Positions 39,301 through 53,699 of a stretch of 64,000 nt of DNA are shown here, one piece after another (the first letter of the stretch is position 1; the number at the start of each line of letters is the position of its first letter). The translations under genes were made by a program, and so were the position numbers. The notes beneath the pieces are model-generated. The model made no database searches. It saw only the letters and a program-made list of their open reading frames with translations, and was not told where the DNA came from. Source of the DNA: Paramecium tetraurelia (Eukaryota); the NCBI GenBank assembly GCA_000165425.1, contig CT868330.1, positions 310,001 through 374,000 on the forward strand, written 5' to 3'.

Positions 39301-42300
39301 TACAAGTGGTATAATTGGGATTGATGACACTATTGGCACAGTTTCTGTTTTCACAAGCACCAACAGAAGATGAAGATTTCCAGCATTTTACTCCAGCAGT
39401 TGTAGTGGTACTTTAGCAAGCACTTTGAGTGAAACTGGTGTATGAAGTGCAACTAGCTAAACTATCGACACAAATTAATCCATTGAATCTGCAACTGGAG
39501 AGATGTGTAACACAAGTTTAAGCACTTGCATTATCAACTGTATTACTGCATGATCTTGCAGTGCATTATTGAGGTACATTGAAGGGAATCCAACATAATC
39601 CACCAGATGTAGTAGTTACTTATTTACAAGCCTCAGAAGAGAATCCAGTGTATGAACTACAGTCATTCTGTTGACTAACACATGAGGTTCCATTGTATCT
39701 ACAAGTTGAGATATGTTAAACACATTTTGTAGCAGAATATGTCAGTAACACATTAGTGCATACTCTACTTTCACATGTTCCAGGATCAGCAGTTGTTTTC
39801 CAACATTAAGTGACTCCATCAGCTAAGGTGGTTTCTCTGCATGCATTTTAAGTGAATGATGTATATAAATTGCAAGCAGTTTGTGCATCTGTACAGGATG
39901 TTCCATCATATCTACATGACTATTTGTGTGCTGCACAATTAATTAGATTGGGTGCACTCACTGTATTACTACATTGCCTGACTTCACAAGTGGTTAAATT
40001 TACATCTTCTAACCAACATTTCTCAGCTGAAATTGTCGTAGCTATTTTACATGCAGCCACTCTAAAACTAGTAAATGAAGTGCAGGAACTCTATTTAGCA
40101 ACACATTGAGTTCCATCATATACACATGTGCTTAGATAAGTTGAACAAAACTCTGCAGAGAATGTATTAGGAGCAATCAATTATGCGGTAATAGCTGAAC
40201 ATGTTCTCGCCTAACAATTATCAGTAGTCGTTGATTTGTTCCAGCATTATTATGAACTGGTAGTCACAGCACTCCTACATGCCACAGATGTAAAATTAGT
40301 ATATAAATCACATGTTGCTTATTTCTCAACACAATAGGCTCCAGTAAATACACAACCAGTCAGAAATTAATCACATTCAATCTGATTATTGGCTGGTCCC
40401 TTTTAGGCACAAGTTCTTGTTTAACAGGCACCACTGCCACTAGCTAAATAGCATAATCCTCCTGACACTGTTGTAATCTACTGACAGATTGTATAATTCA
40501 AATTATAAGATGTGCAAGATGTTTCAGCATCAATACATGCAGTGCCATTAAATCTGCATGTTGATAAATAACTAGTGCAAGCACTGTTGTTGGCTGGCGA
40601 GGAAACATCGGTACATTTCCTGTTCTGACAGTTATTCTTACGAACACAGGGTTGTAAGTTTCCTTAAAATATTTAACACTGATCTTCATTCCCTTAATAA
40701 GATGGACATAACTCAGTATTTTCAATACATCCGATACCTTTGGTAACACAACCTGCCAGAAACTAATTACAAGCTTCGTTAGTCGTGGAAATACTATCTA
40801 ATGAACACTACTTATCAACGCAATTAGAACCACCATTCCACCAACATCTCTTATTGTTCCCCTTGAATGCTTGACAATCAGTAGTACTACTTCCTGGGTA
40901 AGATGTGCATGGTTCAGTTTTACTAATGCATCCTGTTCCTTTAGTTAGACAATTGCCCAAAAATTGATTACATTGGACATCGTCAGTTGCTGTAGTATTG
41001 TCACTGCATTACAGATTCCTACAACTGGCTGTCACTCCAACATCTTGATAACACTTAACTGTGCCATTGACTCCATTATAAGTACTACAACTCTCCTGAT
41101 TTCCAGAATATTTGTTACACTCAGCTGAACTATCAATGCATCCAGCAACGCCTTAGAATTTGCATCCAGTCATATGATCATCACATTGACTTTGAGCAGT
41201 TGCAGTAGTATTACTCACACATGTCACATCAACACATGCAGCATTACTAACACTAGTACTAGTACATTTGATTCCATTGCCTCTAAAATTGATACAGGTA
41301 TCCTTATTCCCAGTATATTGATTGCATGGAGCAGTAGATGATATACATCCTTATGAATTTGTGACACAATTCTCGAGGAAGCTATTGCAATCCTCATTCT
41401 TAATGAATGTCGTAGGAGCATCACTACAAAGTTTCTGTCTGCAAATGCCATTGACCCATTAACATTTTACACCACCATCAGCCAAATTATTACTACACAA
41501 ACTTAGAGTGTTATAAAATTGACAATTTGTTTTAGTAACACAAATTTAATTCCATTAACAAGTTTTTGTACCTAAACAACTTATCTCTGCTATTGTTGAT
41601 GTGCACACTGTCTTATCAACACAACCACTGCCATTTGTCAAACATCCACTCTAAAATCCAGAACACTAATCATGACTTGTGAATGTCGCTGGGGCATTCG
41701 AACAAATCTAAGCTTTGCAAGCCGTTGCTGTATCCCCAACCCCATAACAATTTCCTTCAGTTCCTATTAACTTAGCACAACTTGTTGCTGTCCCACTGTA
41801 AGTAGTACAAGACTACCTATTACTGACACACCCTAAACCAGTTGTCACACATCCATACTAGTAATCTTTACAATCTACATCCGTTTTCAAAGTATCAGGA
41901 GCCTCACTACAAACTCTAACCTTGCATCCACTCGTCCCTATAGTACACTTCCCATCACTTCCAATATAATGATTGCACTCGTCAGCAGTGCCTGTATAAG
42001 TATTACACAACTTCAATTGAATCACACACCCTCTCCCATTTGTTATGCAAGTACTTAGATATTGCTAACACAACTAATCTGTATTATTGGTTTTGTTAGC
42101 ATTGTCACATTTTCTCTCCTGACATTAATTAGATACACCTCCATCACATCTACCTTCCGATCCTATCATCTACTGACAAACAGTAGCATCTCCGGTGTAA
42201 GTACTGCAACTACTCAAAGGATATTTTGAGCATCCTTTTCCTGTTGTCACACATCCCAATTGAAATTTTGCACATTATTCATTTGTTGTCAAATCTTATG

Positions 42301-42961
42301 AGGCTGCTGTACATAGCTTTGGAGTGCATCCACTGCTTGTTTTCTCACAATAACCATCACTGCCTATCATATCGACACAAGATTCGCCGTAAGTAGAACA
42401 CTCTCCTCTTTTCTCCACACAACCCTTCCCATTTGTAAGGCATCCTGGGTAGAATGCATTGCAATCACTATCTGTACTCAGAGTCGTATTCGCTTCTATG
42501 CATTTCAAATCTCGACATTTCGAATCTTCCCATTTGCATCTACGACCTTATGCGTTAATATTTGAATTGCAAAGTCCCTAGTCAGTATAATCGCTACAAT
42601 TTAAAGGGTCGATGCATTAAGTTCCATCAGATGTGCAGTATTGAGATATCTATTAACAGGCTTCATTTGAAATTCCACTGAATGCAGAACATCCACTAAA
42701 TTGTTCACAACTACCCGAATTCCATGCACACCCTTTCCATTATTAGCAACTAGTCACGTCCAAAGCACTGCAATATACACTTACAGTTTCATCACTTTAT
42801 TGATCCTCATTTTTAACACATTTCTCATCTTTCCATAGGCAGCTATCCTAAACACAGTCAGATTTCGATTTTATTTATTCACAATTACATTAATCACTTA
42901 TCGACACTGTGGCACATTAATTATAAGTAATCAACAAAAATAGCAAAGTCAATCTTATCAT
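36392..42961 (-). CDS. Large Cys-periodic GPI-anchored surface (immobilisation) antigen family protein, ~2189 aa
   Basis: Signal peptide MIRLTLLFLLITYNQC; repeated C..Y.G....C, CVTxGxGC and C.W....C periods; C-terminal YTYTWNSASNMCEKC then hydrophobic GPI signal ILLVLPLIMFQL; 6570 nt and ORF fragments at both ends share one frame (apparently intronless). Confidence 0.92.
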
Positions 42962-43023
42962 TATTATATAAATATATATAAATTATATTCAAAATTTTCT
43001 TTAATTTTTTTATTGTATCAATC

Positions 43024-43464
43024 ATGATATTTTTTGTATATATATTTTGTCTCTACTAATGCCTCTGCAATCCCATTTACTGCCCCATTTCATCTCACTC
43101 TCCCTATTGGATTTAAACTCAATCAAATCTAAACTGGAAATCTAATAATTTACAATAAGTTTTTCTTAGTCTCCTCCATACTACGGATGTATGAATTCAT
43201 TTACACAGAAAAAACTGTTTAACCGATTCTTTACATTATTTAATTAATGGGATTTCATTAACACATATTAATATCAATAATATGAACAAATTAATTGAAA
43301 AAAAAGAAAGCAAATCTCTTGATTTCTGTGTTGTATTGAAAAACTTGGAGTACCTAAAAGATCACTTGGTTATTTTGGAAAAGAAAATAAACAGAAAAAA
43401 AATTAAGATTGATGATGACCTAGAAAAAACGATACTAATTTGTAATTCAGATTAAGAAGATTGA
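43024..43464 (+). other. Fragmented coding-like segment (one or two small ORFs, or a pseudogene)
   Basis: Signal-peptide-like MIFFVYIFCLYQCLC... and a downstream ORF MNKLIEKKESK...NSDQED do not join in one frame. Confidence 0.3.
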
Positions 43465-43923
43465 ACTCAATTCAAAAATATGCACCTCTCTCTCATGATT
43501 TTAAATTCATTTTTCCATTTACACTAAAAAACAATTTATTTCTCATTTAACTTCCATTAACATGATTAATGGCTTCAAATTCAATACTAATTTTTCATTT
43601 ACATCCCTCTTGAATTAGAATTCCACTACTGAAACTTATTGGTTACTTCATTCGAACCATTGTCACGCCTATATTTACTGAATAATCCTTATGTAATTAT
43701 TATCAAAAAAATGAGAGAAGCTTATGAACAAGTACAACCATATCAACTTCATATGCTCACTTATATCTCATAATAATGTATTATATGCATCAATGCTGTC
43801 TACATGACCAAAATAATGAAAAAATATAGCAACTCTTGAATTAAGTGTATTACTTATCTTAAATTTAATTCGAGATTAAACATCCAAATAATTCAATTAT
43901 TTGCATAAATATATTTATTTGAG

Positions 43924-45047
43924 ATGGTGGAATGTGAAGTTAAACCCCTTGAAGACATTTATAAGGAGCATTGTGATGATAATTTTGATAGCGCAGATAA
44001 GATTGTCACCTTCATATTGAGGTTGATAGTATTGGCGATTTCTATTTACTCAAGTCTTTTAGTTCTCATGATGATCATAATGAGTAAAAAAAAATAATTT
44101 TGGCCATTTAAGTTAATTTTTTGTTAAGTTATATCTGAATGCATTGATCTCGTGTTGGCTTTAACCTTTACCATTAATAGTTCATGCTGGCCAAAAGCGT
44201 GCAAACTAATTGGATATTTCATGCATTCTAATTGGCTAGCCTCTTTGATATTTATGCTATTCTAATGCCTAATATACTTTGTTTTGATTCGAGTAAAATT
44301 TGCATCTATTGATAGTCAGAATTTTTATTCAACCTTATAATGAAGTACCTCTACATCATATTGGCTATACTCTATCTAATACCATACGGATTTCTACTTA
44401 GAGTATATCTAGATGATGGTTTTGGTCCTTCGGGATGGTATCTATAAAATGGAGAATTCAATTTTATTTTTTGTGGATGTAGAATTGCATTTTAATTTAG
44501 TTATTAATCATTAAATAGTTGGATTTTGGATTGCCCCAGTATCAACTCTGTTCTTTTTTTCAATATTGTTTTCAATCTTTGTAAAACTACTTAACTAAAA
44601 ATAGAATTGCTGCTATTGGCATCGCCTGTAATACAAAAAAGAATTGAGATATCCTGCCTTAAGGATCCAATCAATGCTTCTATTCCCCTTACTTTACTTC
44701 TTAGCATGGCTTGTAAATTTCTTAATCAGGTATGGACAGGATGAATAACATTAGATTGCAAGACACTGATTCTAACGATTAAAACTATTGCCCTCAAGAT
44801 TAGATGAACTACTTTTTCTATATATTTTATTAAGTCTTAAACTTAGGATTTGAATTGCACTTGACTGTTGGGGCTATTCTATTTTTTTATATTTATAAGT
44901 AACTTACTATTAATGTTTTAAAGAGGACTATTTGGGATAACTTCTTTGAGTGATTGGATTTGTTTAAGAAAGAGAAAATTTGGTAAAAAACAAAGGTAAT
45001 AAATATATTTAGATCAAACATCTTAAGCCTTTTAATTAGAATAATGA
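43924..45047 (+). CDS. 7TM receptor-like protein (Dictyostelium cAMP-receptor/GCR1-like)
   Basis: 7 hydrophobic segments; FKLIFCQVISECI (TM2), CKLIGYFMH...LAS (TM3), FGPSGW...FCG (ECL2), LLFPLLYFLAWLVN (TM6); ~4 introns. Confidence 0.8.
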
Positions 45048-45621
45048 TTATAATCCAAATACTTAATTATAATAGTGAATATCAATCATTAATTACTAAA
45101 GTTCCAGTCCCTCATATTTAACCAATACTTTGTATATATATCTATTAAATATTTAATAATATTTTGATATGGATAATATAATAAAAACCAATTTAAATCT
45201 TTGTATAATTATTGATCAAAAATAGATCATATCTTCATCTCTTAATTTGATAAAATTCTTATGGTCATAGGGAGTTTATAGAAATGGTTAGAGATGAAGA
45301 AGTTCTAAAATATTCAAAAATATTTGAATTAAAAATGAGTCAATTTAATGTCATTTATTCTAAGAGTAATATATTAATGGCAGCGAGAAGAGAGGAGTTC
45401 ATTTGTTTGTTAATTGTGGTTTGATTTTGATCAAAAAGAATAAAATTACATTATTATATGTTTTTCACTCAGAATTTAATGAATTCTGATTGTATTCATT
45501 TAAAAAACCCTAAATGGGAGGGGTGTTATTACGTGATTAACATTTATTTGGTCAGTACAGAGGTATTTAAATATAAATTTACTATTATATTCTGATTATA
45601 ATAATAATCATTTTTAATATT

Positions 45622-46294
45622 ATGGCCTCTTCTATGGCAAATAAGAAGGAAAATTTTGATTGGCTTATTAAAGTTCTATTGATAGGAGATTCTGGTGTCG
45701 GAAAAACAAATGTGCTGTTAAGATTTTGTGAAAACAATTTCCAACCAACCTACTTATCAACAATTGGAATAGATTTCAAAATAAAATCGATTGATGTTGA
45801 AGGTAAGAAAATAAAGATGCAAATATGGGATACTGCAGGATAAGAGAGATTTAAGACGATTACCTAAACCTATTACAAAGGAGCTATGGGGATCATCCTC
45901 GTATATTCTATAGACGACAGAGAATCATTTAAAAATATTTAGAATTGGATGAGTCAAATTAAGTAACATGCAAGTGAAAATGTATGTAAATTACTGATAG
46001 GTTTATATTTTAATTTATTCGTTTACCCTAGGAAATAAAATTGATGTGCCAAATAGATAAGTCACTAAAGAAGAGGGAGAAGAATTAGCCAAATCATATG
46101 GAGTTTCTTTTTTTGAAACTTCAGCAAAGGAGGGGACATAAGTGTCGGATGCCTTTTATGCAATTGCCAAGGCAGTCAAAGCAAATCTATCAAATGAAAA
46201 AACGCCCAATCCAAGTGCTCCTTAGAATGCATCTATAAACTTAACACAAAATAACCACGCTGCTGATGAAAAAAAGAATGGGGGATGTTGCTGA
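45622..46294 (+). CDS. RAB8: Rab8/Sec4-family small GTPase
   Basis: [41 protein letters not shown]-terminal GGCC; 1 intron. Confidence 0.95.
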
Positions 46295-46515
46295 TTTGAA
46301 TAACAATTAAACAACAATATATAATTTCATCTTTTAACTGTATCAATTTTTTTATTGTTAATTTTTTTTATTGTTAATTACAATTACCTTTTAAATTTCT
46401 ACCTTAACATTATAATCACATTATGCTAATTCTATATAAACTGTGAGAGACTATTTTTAGATCTAAATGTAAATAATATCATTAATTATTCTTTTTAAGT
46501 AAATCCTCTATTTAT

Positions 46516-46989
46516 ATGATGAAACCAAATTTGTAACTAGAATACGAATCTCAAGCAGCATCCTCCGTCACCCAAGTATTCCCGCGAATTCTTGGAGAAG
46601 AGAGGGAAAATGACTACAGAGATGATCATGATGAAGAAGACAGCCCAACCCACAAGGCCATAATAATAATTATAGCCCTATGCATTGGATTAGCAGTACT
46701 TGGGATACTCTCGTGTTTGATTAGATATTTTTATTTAAGACATTAATAAAGAAAAATGGCATAGGTGAGACAACAGTCAGAGGCTGCTTATTAATAATAG
46801 AATGTGTAATTAGAGTCTCTCTGCTTATAAACCTAGGAACTAGCTTAATGTCCAATCTGTTTAATGCCCATTCCTATTTTGTTGTAGATCATAACTCCTT
46901 GTCATCACTCGTTCCATAAGGCTTGTCTGGATTTATGGCTTCTAAATGAAAAAATCTGTCCTTCTTGCAGAACTTCTCTAAATTTATGA
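46516..46989 (+). CDS. Single-TM RING-H2 E3 ligase (ATL-like)
   Basis: TM AIIIIIALCIGLAVLGILSCLI; CPICL...TPCHHSFHKACLDLWL...CPSCR; intronless. Confidence 0.9.
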
Positions 46990-47298
46990 AATTAAATCAA
47001 AAATAAATACAAAATTAAAACTTTAATTAAAGAATTTATAAATATCGTGAGTTGTACTTAACTTAAGTTACTTAATCATTGACAATTTTTTCTGTGATTG
47101 AAATAAATTATATTAATGTATTTATTAAGCTATTCCTATCCTTATTCAATAGGGTATTGTAAAGATTAAAATTGTTCAGATTAAGTGTTTAGAATTCATC
47201 TTTGGCATAAAATTAATATATTAAAACTTAATGGTTAATAAGATATGCAACATATCTGGAAGAAAATGATGTATATTTATATTATTTATAAATATTAA

Positions 47299-48905
47299 AT
47301 GAATAATTCCGAAAAAAGCAAATCTGTTCGATCTGGCTCTGCAAGGGTGAGATCAGCTATTGAAAGAGCTGGTTTGCTCCAACAAAGAGAGTAATTGCGC
47401 GAGATGCTTATAAGCAAATTTAGCAAAGATTATGCTCAGGGGAATAAAAATAAAGAACTTCTAATATAATAAATAGTTAATGAATACTTTACAAATGAGC
47501 AAGTAATCAGCATCTAGTAAATTAGGTTACAGAAAACTCTCTAAAGCAATTGAAAGCAAGAGTAATTGAGGTTGTTCAAAAATAGAAGGCTCTGAGTCAG
47601 ACATAGCATATATCCTAGAATAATAATAATTCTCATGTTGACAATAAAAGTGAGTAGAAATCATAAATTCCTCGACCTCAGTCTGTCAGGAATTCAGCGA
47701 AATCGGAAGTTGATCAAGATTAGTATTCGGTAACGTCTTCTGAATTTGAAAAACAACCGAAATCTGTATATGTAGTAGACGAGGAGGATGAATGGGCTGC
47801 ATTAGTTAAATTTGATACAGAACTATATACTAAAGAGTAGCAACTTGAGTAATAGAGGTAGGCTGAGTTTAAGAAAAAGATGAAGACAGAATTAGATAGA
47901 CAGTTGGCAGAGAAGAAGCGAAGGTTGGAAATGGAGAAGAAACAAGAAGAAGCTTATGTCAAATTAAGAGATTTTTAGATGAATGTTTATGATTAAAGAG
48001 AAGAGCAAAAGAAGAGAGAGATAGCATAGAAATAATAAATGGAGAAAGAATAAAGAGATAGGTAAGTCAGAGAAGAAGAAAAGAGAAAGTATTTGGAGAA
48101 GAAGAAATAGTCAGAATTAGATGCCATTTTAGTTTAAAGAATCCAGGAAGAATTAAAATAGGAATAAAGAGAAACATTGTAAAAAAAAGAAATGGAGAAA
48201 AGAAAGTTCATAGAAATGATGGATGAAAATGAAAAAAACAGATGCAAATAAATCTAAGATGAATAAACAGATAAACAATTAGAAGTTGACATGCAAAGGA
48301 AGTATATCTAATTACAATAAAAGTTGGAAGAAGAGCGAGAAATGGAGAAAGAAAGAAAGAGAAGACAAAATTAAAAAGATAATGAGTGATTTTTCATAGA
48401 CTGTAGTCAAGAATCAGAAAGATTAGATAAAGTATGAAAAATACATTAACAAATAGGGCTGAAGATGATAAAATGATGAAAGCTATATTAATGCAAAATG
48501 AGATAGAATAGTAAGATGAAGAGATGAAGAAGAGACAAATCAAATCATAATAGTTGGAGATGAGAAAATACCTCACATAAGTAAATGGAGGATAAGAAGT
48601 AAGTATATCATTATGATTTTAGATAGAGACTGAAAGAAGAAGAAGAGTTAAATAAGAAACAGGCCTAAGTTTGGCAATAGGACCTATAGACATTCCAAAA
48701 ACATGAGAAATCTAAATATGATTACATAAAGGATGTGAATGCGAAGCATCAAGAGATCTTGAAGTAACAAATCGATGAGAAGAAGTCATAACAAAGACCA
48801 AGGAACAAAATGAACAACGAAGAGTTGATGCATAATAAACCTTTGTTAAGGGAATTGGCTGACAAACAAGATACTATTAAGGTGAGGAAAATAAATATAG
48901 GATGA
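47299..48905 (+). CDS. E/K/Q-rich coiled-coil protein (trichohyalin-plectin-homology/ciliary MIP-like), with two apparent +1 frameshifts
   Basis: DEEDEWAALVKFD...KMKTELDRQL...LKQQIDEK motifs; frame shifts near 48349 and 48575. Confidence 0.75.
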
Positions 48906-48981
48906 GAATATTATTGATATAGCATTATATATATTAAGTATTTAAATGTGATTACAAATCTATAAATTAAATTATCAATAA

Positions 48982-49486
48982 ATGACTCATAGTTATGGTT
49001 TGAAGAAGGGTACAAGAAGCAAATTTGCAAAACCTTTTAGAGGACATGGAAATATCTCAATTCGTAAGACCCTTCAGACATTCAAAAGAGGTAAGAATTA
49101 CATGCAATTAAATTCAAGGTGATTTTGTCGATATTTTGGTTGATGGTGCTTAACACAAGGGAGTTCCATTTTAATATTATCATGGCAGAACTGCAAGAGT
49201 ATTCAATGTCAATCCAAGAGGAATTGGTGTCTCATTATAAAGAAGAGTCAGAGGAAGATATGTGGAGAAACGATCCCATGTTAGAGCTGATCATTTGAGA
49301 CCATCAAAATGCAGATAAGAATTTGTTAAAAGAGTCCAAGAGAATGACAAAAAGAAGACTGAAGCCAAGAAAAATAAATAAGTCATTTCAACCAAAAGAT
49401 AACCAGTATAACCAAGAGGAGCTGCCGTTGTCATTCCAAAATAAACAACCTTCTAACACCCAAAGGCTTTTGTAGAAATTATTTGA
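48982..49486 (+). CDS. RPL21: 60S ribosomal protein L21 (eL21)
   Basis: MTHSYGLKKGTRSKFAKPFR, GDFVDI, HKGVPFQYYHGRT, HVRADHLRPSKCR; 1 intron. Confidence 0.97.
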
Positions 49487-49576
49487 TAAATAAATCAGTA
49501 TATTAATAAACAAAATAGAAAAATTCTATAATTTGGTATTATATGATTATGCTTATTTTTACTTGATACATCACAA

Positions 49577-51224
<1,648 letters not shown>

Positions 51225-51837
51225 AATATAAAATAAAGATATTTATGGTTTTTAAGAATTTATTAACAAATATTAATATTTCCCTTCATTTATTCCATGT
51301 TCAGCTTAAGAGATATCCTCTATTTCTAATAGCCATCTTCCATATTCTAGTTAAATATGTCGCATATGTCTTAGAATCAAGAGAAAAATAAAAAGTTTAT
51401 AGTAAGTAAATTCTATATTAGATTGTTCATACTTAAAATTTAGTTGATTTAGTTATAAGAAGTTCTGAGATCTCCTATTAATTCATAGTTTCTTCTATTA
51501 AATCTACAATTTTAACAACAGATTCTTTAAACAAATATAGGATTCTGCGAAACTTAATTAGAATTTATTAATCATTTGAGAGAATTATAATAAATTAACA
51601 GAAATATATTTTTAAATATTATCTAAATGATGATTGGAAGTATGTATTTATTTTGATTGTAAAAATTTAAGATTTCTAATTGAATGACTCTGTTAAATTA
51701 TAGACATTTTACCTAATATTTATTAAATCAATAAGTAGACAAAATGAATAGAAGGATTGTTTAAGTTATTTATTGTTGTATTTACATATAAACTTCATGA
51801 TTTATTCAGATATTTATTTATACTTGATATCAATTTT

Positions 51838-52564
51838 TCAGTTTAAAAGTGACTCTATTTTAATTTTGTCAACTTCGGTTAAAGCAGATATATATTCTGA
51901 TGTTCTGGCGTGTGTTGGAGATCCTTCTATCCTTTTCTCAAGGGAATCAATCTTAGTTTTCATTTGAATATTTTCTTTAGTCAATAAAGAATTTTCTGTT
52001 AATAGTTTTTTCTAACTTCACTTTAATTATTACATTTTAATCTTTGAGATTTTTGATAGTTCTTTACAATTAAATTATTTCCAAATCACGATCGAGTAAT
52101 TATTTTTACATTTGTAGATTTGATTATTTTACAACATTTTCTTTGAGCTAATTAAATTACAAAATTACTTTTGACTTATTGCTTCTCCTCCTCTATACTC
52201 TCTGCTACAGTAGTTTTTGTGCAACTTAATTTATCTGTCCGTATATCCACGAGAGAACTCATCTATTAATTTTATGAATCATCATTCTTCATTGTAGAAT
52301 TGAACTTCGATTCCTCTGCTTGCTTGAAATAAAAGGAATAAACAACCTACGTAAACATCCTTAATTTAATATCAGAGTAGGGAGTTCTTATACACAAAGT
52401 AGATCCACTAATTGGTTACTTATTAGGTAGAGCAGGAGCTCTGATGATAGTAACAGGAGAGTTTTTTCTTGTTTCAAAATGCTTTTACAATAAGGAAGTT
52501 GACTATCTATGGTAAATGTTCTAAGATGAAATAGACTTCTGCTTACTTGGGTGAGTGGCAACAT
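51838..52564 (-). CDS. Hypothetical protein
   Basis: MLPLTQ/NIYHRQSTSLLQKHFETRKNSP... with short introns; ends ...KIESLLN-TGA. Confidence 0.55.
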
Positions 52565-53699
52565 ATATTAAACAAGAAATTATAAAAAAATAATTGTACA
52601 AAAATTTAAATTTAGATGACAAATAAAAATTATTATCCAATCTTATTATCATTAAACACAATTCTTTAATTTTAGTATGGCTACAATATTTATTTTATAC
52701 TAAATTTATGTATTGTGAATCATTAAAGATTAGTCCCCTCTCTTAATTCTCTCTTTATTTCCTATAATTTCTAATTTTGTCTACGGGGCCTAACTATTTT
52801 TCCTAAAATTTTTACCAAATTTGTTAAGTATCTCAAAAATCTCACTAAATAAATTTTAGTTCAATTTATAATAATTAATTTGTTGTTTATAGTGTCTCCC
52901 ACTCTTCAGTGGTTATTTGAAATCATCTGATAGCAAAATTAATTTTGCCGTTGCACTAATATATCTAAGATATTAAAAATAATACTATTTACTAATTTTA
53001 AAACTTTTTCCTCGAAGGATCCTTTAGTTTTTTATCATCTGTCTGTCAATTGCTAATTATAATATAGAAGTGTTTATGCAACATAGAATTAGCTCGAAGA
53101 AATGAAATTTAAACAACTTCAAAAATTCTAGTTTAATTTTTCTTATTTACCAATTAATTATAAAAAGCCCATAGCAGCTTATTGTTTTTAATTAAAAATT
53201 AAATCTTGCCAAATGTTTATTATTTAAAATTTTCTCTCAAATAAGGTTTAAGCCCTTGATTAATGTATTACGAATTCCTTTTCTAAAATAGAATAAAGAG
53301 AAAAGACGATTTGACCATTATTTTCAGAACTCAAAATTTTGGAATCATAACACTTAATTATTTTACGAATATCACCATAATAAAGATTTCTACTATTCAA
53401 TCAACAAATAATGAATTTCATCATGCCATCTTATTAAGGCATAGAGTTGTTTTTACTTGTTGAATTAATATTCTTAATAATAATAACCTAAATATATATT
53501 AAGAATTCATAAGTAGAACATCTATTATTTGATATTTTAAATTCTATTGAAACAAATGAGTATTTTAATAGGAATAGTGTACAAGTGATAATATATTAAA
53601 AAGGTGATATCATATCAGTCAATTGATAAATTATATTTATATTTAATTTTTGCAATAATAAAATTTAAGAAAATCCAAAACTCTATTTTTTTCTTACAA

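Noticed and set aside
36409..41451. Many short track ORFs on both strands within the surface antigen
   Set aside because: Off-frame or antisense shadows of one long code-6 CDS
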